From: a virus
Taxonomy: Duplodnaviria > Heunggongvirae > Uroviricota > Caudoviricetes
IMG/VR virus record: IMGVR_UViG_3300012663_000706
Direction: 5' to 3' (one strand)
DNA length: 64,000 bases
The notes under the pieces are model-generated. The model searched no databases. It saw only the letters and a list, made by a program, of their open reading frames with translations, and was not told the DNA's origin. Made by a program: the position numbers and the translations under genes. Shown here piece by piece: positions 55,760 to 62,054 of the stretch. Positions within the stretch are counted from its first letter, which is position 1, and each line of letters starts with the position of its first letter.

Positions 55760-55978
55760 ATGCAAAAGTATTCACCGATTTACCACACCATTTACTGTTT
55801 AGTAGCGTTTAAAGTAGCTTTCATGACTATGCAAGGTACCCTACAGAACTACGTTAAATTCGCGGATCCATTAAACGAAATGTTTTTCTGTGTTGGAGCC
55901 CTAATGATTGGTTTCTTGTACCTATATGCTGCTAGTACCGACATCTACGAAGTTATCAAAGGTACTAAGAACAAGTAA
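55760..55978 (+). CDS. Small early membrane protein
   Basis: Two hydrophobic segments; has its own class-1 promoter. Confidence 0.65.
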   Translation: MQKYSPIYHTIYCLVAFKVAFMTMQGTLQNYVKFADPLNEMFFCVGALMIGFLYLYAASTDIYEVIKGTKNK

Positions 55979-55981
55979 AAT

Positions 55982-56045
55982 TGTTAATAACTTTTTGAAC
56001 AAAAGTTATACCGATTGAAAAATTTTATTTATATTTACATATAAC
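55982..56045 (+). promoter_or_regulatory. Class-1 promoter with TGTTAATAAC box
   Basis: Box at 55982-55991 plus core. Confidence 0.75.
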
Positions 56046-56064
56046 ATTTAAACATCCACAAAAA

Positions 56065-57177
56065 ATGACAAGAAAGCAATTCACAGTCCACCAAACAGAA
56101 GAGAACAACTTCTTCTTAGAAAACATCGAAAACTCTAATGACACGGTCCTAGTTAATAAAGACCATGCTAAGTATAACTGGACGACACAGAACCAAGGTC
56201 GTATAATAAACATCACCGATGCCGGTCGTTGGAATAGCCAAAAAGATTACGATAACGTCTATGGTAACCAGACAGTATCCAACAGGAAACAACCAGTAAC
56301 CATCAGTCAACCATCAGTTGAGGTTAAGTTGACAATGTTAGACGATTTAGATATTAACCCAGACTTATTCGTACCACTCCCTACTGGAACCATCTTCGAC
56401 AAATTCGTTTCCGAAGAAGGCGGTTTCCTACCTGGTTCTAACATCATGGCAGCTGGAGCTCCCGGTATCGGTAAAACAACCGTTCTCCTAGATCTATTAT
56501 CTAACCTGAACCAAGCCGGTAAGAAAGTTCTTTTTATCTCGGCTGAGATGAACCGAATCGACATGGCCAGATACCTAAAGAGATTCCCGAAATGGGGTAA
56601 TTTGCCGATCCTGTTCCTATCCGATTACGAAGAATGTCCGAAAGAGGCCGTTGAGAAAATCTTAAACCAAGGTTGGGACGTAGTCTTAACTGACTCCTAC
56701 ACCGAAGTAAATGACACGGTAAAAGAAGAATGCGGTTTAACGCGAGGTAAAGTCGAAAAATGGTTCTTAAACCTGATGTCGAGCCATAACGACGCGAATA
56801 ACGAGGCGAAGAAACACACCTGCTTTATTACGATCCTGCAGCTATCTAAAGGCGGTAACTTCGTCGGGTCGAATAAACTAAAACACATGACCACGTCGAT
56901 GATGAGCCTACAGTGGGACGGATCCGAAAACTCAGGAGCTCGCTACATGGAGTTCTCTAAGAACCGCGTCGGCCAAGTAAATAAGAAACTCTATTTTAAC
57001 CTAACGAACGGAGTAGGATTCGACGAGGCAAGATACGCAAGAGACCTGTATAACGACGAGATAGTAGCTTCCGAAGTCGCGCAGATCGGTAAGGAATCAG
57101 ACGCTTGGGATCGGATCTTCGGTTTAGCAACCCTAGCTACCGAAGCCGAAATAACAGAGGACTCAGTAGAGATCTAA
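56065..57177 (+). CDS. RecA-superfamily ATPase, RadA/Sms-like
   Basis: GAPGIGKTT, FISAEM, LTDS, GSNKLKH and SKNRVG (KNRFG-like); no Zn finger or Lon-like domain. Confidence 0.8.
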   Translation: MTRKQFTVHQTEENNFFLENIENSNDTVLVNKDHAKYNWTTQNQGRIINITDAGRWNSQKDYDNVYGNQTVSNRKQPVTISQPSVEVKLTMLDDLDINPDLFVPLPTGTIFDKFVSEEGGFLPGSNIMAAGAPGIGKTTVLLDLLSNLNQAGKKVLFISAEMNRIDMARYLKRFPKWGNLPILFLSDYEECPKEAVEKILNQGWDVVLTDSYTEVNDTVKEECGLTRGKVEKWFLNLMSSHNDANNEAKKHTCFITILQLSKGGNFVGSNKLKHMTTSMMSLQWDGSENSGARYMEFSKNRVGQVNKKLYFNLTNGVGFDEARYARDLYNDEIVASEVAQIGKESDAWDRIFGLATLATEAEITEDSVEI

Positions 57178-57179
57178 GA

Positions 57180-57740
57180 TATAGCCGTCCGGTATTCCGG
57201 TAAAGAAAGGACCTGTTCGTGGATGTTCGGGTCCTTTTGGCATGTCCGGGGCTCGTTAGCTAATCCGACCGGTAGTAAATTCGCGGTTACTCCCCCCCCC
57301 CCAGTACTTAGAGATTTTTCGGTGTGTAGCGGCAAAAAGTGCATAACCGAGTGTCCGGTGGTCCAGATGCTCAGAAATCACCTTCGGCAGTGTAGGGTAG
57401 GCGCTAGAGTCCCGGAGTGTGTATGTGTGAGTTGAGGTTTAAGGGACCCTGAGGGTCCTACATGGAGGCTTGAACACTATATATCTTGTTCTCTACGTAC
57501 ACGCGCGCGTAGGGTAGATTATACTTAGGACCAGGGTAGGCCTTGGAGTACCTGGATACATGGAGGGAGTAGAGGAGGGGTTACGAGCCTAGGAGAGACG
57601 GGTACTATATCTTTATTGTCTTCTTATTGCTGATCTTCTTTATCCTTATCTATGTTTAGATCGTATTGACTCTTATAAAGATTTTTTATTTTATTGGTTA
57701 TTGGGTGGGCCGAGAAGTTCTGGCTGTCCGGTCCCTAGGC
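57180..57740. other. Second GC-rich non-coding block at the strand convergence
   Basis: Terminator-like stem at about 57207-57238, C11 run at 57292-57302, palindromes, and motifs shared with 51450-52767. Confidence 0.55.
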
Positions 57741-57742
57741 AT

Positions 57743-57771
57743 AAAAAAAGAGGACTGTTTAGGTCCTCTTT
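57743..57771 (-). terminator. Intrinsic terminator
   Basis: Stem AAAGAGGAC/GTCCTCTTT with A-run. Confidence 0.8.
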
Positions 57772-57794
57772 GGTAGATTAGTTTTTGGTTTGGA

Positions 57795-58259
57795 TTAGAA
57801 TCCTGCTAATTTAACTTCTTTCGTGTTTGCTTTCGCATTGCTTAGAGTTTCGGCTGCGAAGTCATACTCTTCTTGAGAATAGAAATCAGCCTCTCTTGTT
57901 AAAAGATCTAGGAATACTAGGTCATCAAATTTGCACTTTAAGAACTTTGTTACTGGTTCCCATTTTGCTTCCATTGCGTCAGTCTCAGCATCAGCTTCAG
58001 AGGCAACATCAGCTAATAGAGTAGATGCGTCTTCTATCTTAGAAAGATCGCCATCGAAACCTGCTAATAAGAATTTTACTAGGTCTTCTTTATCGCCTTC
58101 TGCGCAAATATAACCAGAATATCCTTTATCATCGTTGTGTGATACTAGTTTCAGTCCACCTTGTCTAAAGGCGATTAGGCCTGCTTCAACTGTACCGTGT
58201 GGATCGTTTTCGTTTAATTTTGACGCTACAAAGGCTTCAAATAATTTAATGTGTTTCAT
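57795..58259 (-). CDS. Putative internal head protein
   Basis: Leader MKHIKLFEAFVASKLNE; GATATATA upstream; start set at 58259. Confidence 0.65.
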   Translation of the reverse strand: MKHIKLFEAFVASKLNENDPHGTVEAGLIAFRQGGLKLVSHNDDKGYSGYICAEGDKEDLVKFLLAGFDGDLSKIEDASTLLADVASEADAETDAMEAKWEPVTKFLKCKFDDLVFLDLLTREADFYSQEEYDFAAETLSNAKANTKEVKLAGF

Positions 58260-58295
58260 CGTGTTATTATTTTTGTATTGTTTATATATCTGCAT

Positions 58296-58325
58296 AAAAA
58301 AAGAGGACGGTTTAGGTCCTCTTTT
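58296..58325 (-). terminator. Intrinsic terminator (near-copy of 57743-57771)
   Basis: Same stem with one mismatch in the loop. Confidence 0.8.
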
Positions 58326-58349
58326 AACGGGGTAGTTGTCGCGTTCGGG

Positions 58350-58601
58350 CTATTGTGGTATACAAATTGCAACGATTGGATCGACTGGCGTCCATTCAGT
58401 TGGGTATACCGGTTCGGTAATAATTGGTTCTTCACCCTCAACTAGGATTGGAGCGGTGATGATTGGTGGTTCGTATAGGTAGATGTTGTGATTTGGATGC
58501 TGGGCTTCTAGTCTTTCTAGAGTTGTTCCAGGCCAATGGTTAACATGATATACTGAATCGTTAATTTCTAGTATTCTTTCGTAAATTAGTGTTGTTGCCA
58601 T
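58350..58601 (-). CDS. Small Pro/Glu-rich hypothetical protein
   Basis: 83 aa ORF between a late-type motif and a terminator. Confidence 0.55.
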   Translation of the reverse strand: MATTLIYERILEINDSVYHVNHWPGTTLERLEAQHPNHNIYLYEPPIITAPILVEGEEPIITEPVYPTEWTPVDPIVAICIPQ

Positions 58602-58622
58602 AATTATATCTTTTAGTATATA

Positions 58623-58955
58623 TTAAAATTCGAATGGTGGAGTTCCGTAGTCAGCGTGTTTAACTGCATACCATGTGCTCTTTGGTCCTTGAATATACCA
58701 CCAACCTCGGTCTGAATCGACTAGTTGGTACTCTCCTTTTAGGGATACGTCTTGAAATTTAGAGAAGTACTTAGTTACTGGAGTTCCGTCTGGCCAGGTT
58801 TTATTAGTTGACTGTGCTTTAAATGTTGTACCATCGAATTGGCCTAAGAACACCTTAGCATCATGTCCGTCTTGGATTTCGTCTTTTGCAAATTGATTAA
58901 CTGCGGTTTCGACTGCCTCCATAAAAAATTGTTCGAATATTTTAACTTGTTTCAT
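58623..58955 (-). CDS. Putative internal head protein
   Basis: Leader MKQVKIFEQFFMEA. Confidence 0.65.
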   Translation of the reverse strand: MKQVKIFEQFFMEAVETAVNQFAKDEIQDGHDAKVFLGQFDGTTFKAQSTNKTWPDGTPVTKYFSKFQDVSLKGEYQLVDSDRGWWYIQGPKSTWYAVKHADYGTPPFEF

Positions 58956-58958
58956 GAT

Positions 58959-59369
58959 TTATAATTTATTTTCGATTCCTAATTCCTCTTCGAATTGTAG
59001 AATATCTTCGTATGTTGTATCTAATAGTTCTGCTTCGACTTTGGCGCGGTTTGATTTCTTGCCAGTTACGATTATCTCGACTTGGTGTTTGCCTGTTGCG
59101 GTTGCCTGGTCGTAGTGTGCCATAATATTCTTATAATGAACATCGGAACTGGCCATCTCCTTGATTTCGATTACTTCCTTACGGATTTCGTGTGGTAATT
59201 CTGACCAAGGTAATTTTACTAGGTCTTCGGTTGGTTGGTCGACCCCGAGTCTGCGTTGAATTAGTTTCTTACGTTCAACTTGGTCGGCTCTGTTCCATAA
59301 CTCATTACCCCATCGCTTCATCTCTTTCGACTCGGTTAGGAATTCTTCATATAGTTTAATATGTTTCAT
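58959..59369 (-). CDS. Putative internal head protein
   Basis: Leader MKHIKLYEEFLTES. Confidence 0.65.
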   Translation of the reverse strand: MKHIKLYEEFLTESKEMKRWGNELWNRADQVERKKLIQRRLGVDQPTEDLVKLPWSELPHEIRKEVIEIKEMASSDVHYKNIMAHYDQATATGKHQVEIIVTGKKSNRAKVEAELLDTTYEDILQFEEELGIENKL

Positions 59370-59370
59370 C

Positions 59371-60069
59371 TTACTTAAGTTCTTTGATAAATCTTTTTAC
59401 AAAACTCTTGTTGGCTCCTACGCCTGTTCCAGCAATAATGTCTCTAACATCGTATTTCTCTTTAGAATCCTTATACTGTTTAACATAATCGGCTAACTTT
59501 CTACCATCTATTTTATTATCATCAATGAAATTTTGTGCTGCATCTTGGCCGCATCCAGTAACAATATGAACATAATGAGCGTCTTGTGATACTGCTTCGT
59601 CAATCGAACCTGAAATCAGTTTGTATTTCCATGATTTTAGTTTCTTTTCTAGCTCTGCTTTGTCCTTTGCTTCAAAATCAAACTCATCATTATATCCATA
59701 ATATCCATTGCCGCGTTTTTCAATATGGGTTAATCCATCTTCACCGTCATATACTGCAATTTCTCTATCGTTATTATAAGTACCTTCGTCTAAAGATTCG
59801 CCAATTTGCTTTACTGGCATGCGCTTGTACTTATTGTAGAGATTATTAGATAGGATATAGTCCTTCATGAATCTTTCTAATTCTACAACACTTCCAAATA
59901 CATGACCACCCGCATCAATATCATAGCCTCTGTAGTATTGGTTATATTTAACACGATCGCCGCTTTGAGAAACTTTCTTAAAGATGATTCCATCATTTCC
60001 CTCTATTTGATCAGGAAACTTTTCCTTTGCTTCACTTATGAAATCTTCAAATAATTTAATCTTCTTCAT
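59371..60069 (-). CDS. Putative internal head protein (multi-module)
   Basis: Leader MKKIKLFEDFISEA; internal SLDE and SIDE. Confidence 0.65.
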   Translation of the reverse strand: MKKIKLFEDFISEAKEKFPDQIEGNDGIIFKKVSQSGDRVKYNQYYRGYDIDAGGHVFGSVVELERFMKDYILSNNLYNKYKRMPVKQIGESLDEGTYNNDREIAVYDGEDGLTHIEKRGNGYYGYNDEFDFEAKDKAELEKKLKSWKYKLISGSIDEAVSQDAHYVHIVTGCGQDAAQNFIDDNKIDGRKLADYVKQYKDSKEKYDVRDIIAGTGVGANKSFVKRFIKELK

Positions 60070-60096
60070 TTGCTTAATTATATTTTATTATCTATC

Positions 60097-60654
60097 TTAC
60101 GAGTGCTTGGCTAAATGCGTCTTAATCGATACATTGTCAAGTTCTCTTCCGAGTTGATTAATTAAGTCTATATTGTTAACATCGTCATCAAAGAACGTAA
60201 TGTCAGTATAGCCTTTTTCAACAAACCATTTCATCGCTTCTTTTTTCTTTTCTGCGATTGAACCTGATAATTTCATTTTTGGGTCATTAATTGCCCATAT
60301 AAATTCGCGTTTAACATCAAATCCAACATGGTCTTTTAACCAAGTATAAATCATGTCTTGATCGTCTCTCGCTGTAATTACTCCAATCGCATTTCCTCTC
60401 TTGTAATTCTTTTCTAAAATATCTAAGTATTTTTGAATTAATTTTCCAGCTTTCATGATGTCTAAGCTCTTAAAATCATCAAAATTTAAGATATGTTTCT
60501 TGCTACTTTGATAACTATTGAACTCCTCTGGAGATAATTCGAAGCAAGTTCCATTCTTCGAATCACAAACTTTAATCTTCGCTTGTGTGATAACTAATGT
60601 GTCGTCCAAGTCGAAAATTAGAATTTTTGTCTTTGAATATGCTTCTTTTATCAT
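60097..60654 (-). CDS. HAD-superfamily hydrolase
   Basis: FDLDDTL, ITAR, K and FFDDD; start set at 60654 (MIKEA). Confidence 0.8.
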   Translation of the reverse strand: MIKEAYSKTKILIFDLDDTLVITQAKIKVCDSKNGTCFELSPEEFNSYQSSKKHILNFDDFKSLDIMKAGKLIQKYLDILEKNYKRGNAIGVITARDDQDMIYTWLKDHVGFDVKREFIWAINDPKMKLSGSIAEKKKEAMKWFVEKGYTDITFFDDDVNNIDLINQLGRELDNVSIKTHLAKHS

Positions 60655-60771
60655 TTTTATAGTAAATATGTGATTTTTATAGAAAAGGTGGTCACAGAGA
60701 ACCACTTGGCTTAATTATCTTTATCTTTATGATTGATTATATAGTCAAAAATATCAATCAACCAGTGTCAT

Positions 60772-61362
60772 CTAATCATTGATGTCTTGCTTGATTTGTT
60801 TGTCTAATGCATCAATTTTCTTCTTATCTTGTTGTACCATTTTACGTAAAGTACTCTTAATATCTGAATCGGCAAACCTCATAAGAGCTTCGGTCGATTT
60901 AAATCTTGCTTCTAATTTTATCTTAGAAACATATTTTGTAAGTGTCTCGTTTTCTTCTCCAATTGCATCCATCATTGTAATAATATCCTCTTCTTGAGCT
61001 TCTAGTAATTGAATTTTTACATCATGTGTACTTTCCATTTTATAGGAACTTGGCGCAGTAGGAGCATTATAATCATATTCATCATATTTGCTTCCTAGCT
61101 CCGTTTCAAAATGTGCAACCTCATCGCCTTCAATTTGCAACTTGCCAATTTCAATTCTAACTGAAACTAGTCGGTCTGCTAATTTATTTAATTGGCGTTT
61201 TTTAAGAGGATTCATAACTAATCCTTTGATAAAATCAAAGAATCCTTCTCCAACAAATTCTTCAATCTCTTCACGAGTCTGATAATCCTTTAAAGATTCA
61301 TAAATATTGTCAACCAATTCTTTACGGTCAAAATGTTCTTCAAATTGTTTAACTCTTTTCAT
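60772..61362 (-). CDS. Putative internal head/coiled-coil protein
   Basis: Leader MKRVKQFEEHF. Confidence 0.6.
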   Translation of the reverse strand: MKRVKQFEEHFDRKELVDNIYESLKDYQTREEIEEFVGEGFFDFIKGLVMNPLKKRQLNKLADRLVSVRIEIGKLQIEGDEVAHFETELGSKYDEYDYNAPTAPSSYKMESTHDVKIQLLEAQEEDIITMMDAIGEENETLTKYVSKIKLEARFKSTEALMRFADSDIKSTLRKMVQQDKKKIDALDKQIKQDIND

Positions 61363-62043
61363 TTAGAATGTTGGGATTCCTCCTATTTTTTTGGATCTTT
61401 GTCTCCATACATCCAGCACATCTTCTCGTTCATCCTGTGACAAGCCTTGGGTATCTAAGTATCGATCTATAGTATTTATCATAGATTCTTTGCGTTTCCT
61501 GCTTTCAAAGCGAAGACCTTGGATATTAGCATCAACTTCTTTAGGTAAAATCAAATATTGCGCTCTTCCAAGTACTCCGCTATTAATCAATAGTCTAAGT
61601 GCTGAATCGTCTTCGATCGGTTTTCCAGGTTTGTAGTTTCCAATTGAAATTCCGTCTTGTGTGATATGCTCCATCTCGTGACGAACAACATCACATAAAT
61701 GATAATAAATCTCTTCCCAGTAGTCTGGAAGCCATGTTGGATTAACCGCAAAACTTATTTGAATAAATGGAGTCATTGAATCGTCTTCGTCGTCGAAATC
61801 TCGAGCATCGCTACCAGTAGAATCTAGTACGGAAAAACCATCTCCTTCAAATATAATATCACAATGTATGTCAAATTCTAAGAAATCTTCAATCTGATCA
61901 AAATACTGCGATACTTTCTTTCCATTATCAAAATCCTTTTTCCATAAAGAAAGCGCAGAAGCTACGATATCTGACGATAATTTGTCATATCGGCTTCTGC
62001 GCCTGTTTTTCTTGTACATAGATTTAACTTTTACATTATTCAT
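61363..62043 (-). CDS. HExxH zincin-like protein
   Basis: VRHEMEH plus downstream EVDA; class-2 promoter at 62050-62076. Confidence 0.6.
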   Translation of the reverse strand: MNNVKVKSMYKKNRRRSRYDKLSSDIVASALSLWKKDFDNGKKVSQYFDQIEDFLEFDIHCDIIFEGDGFSVLDSTGSDARDFDDEDDSMTPFIQISFAVNPTWLPDYWEEIYYHLCDVVRHEMEHITQDGISIGNYKPGKPIEDDSALRLLINSGVLGRAQYLILPKEVDANIQGLRFESRKRKESMINTIDRYLDTQGLSQDEREDVLDVWRQRSKKIGGIPTF

Positions 62044-62054
62044 CTATACTTATA

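Noticed and set aside
57223-57435. 70 aa plus-strand ORF
   Set aside because: Starts inside a terminator-like stem and runs through a poly-C tract; not credible.
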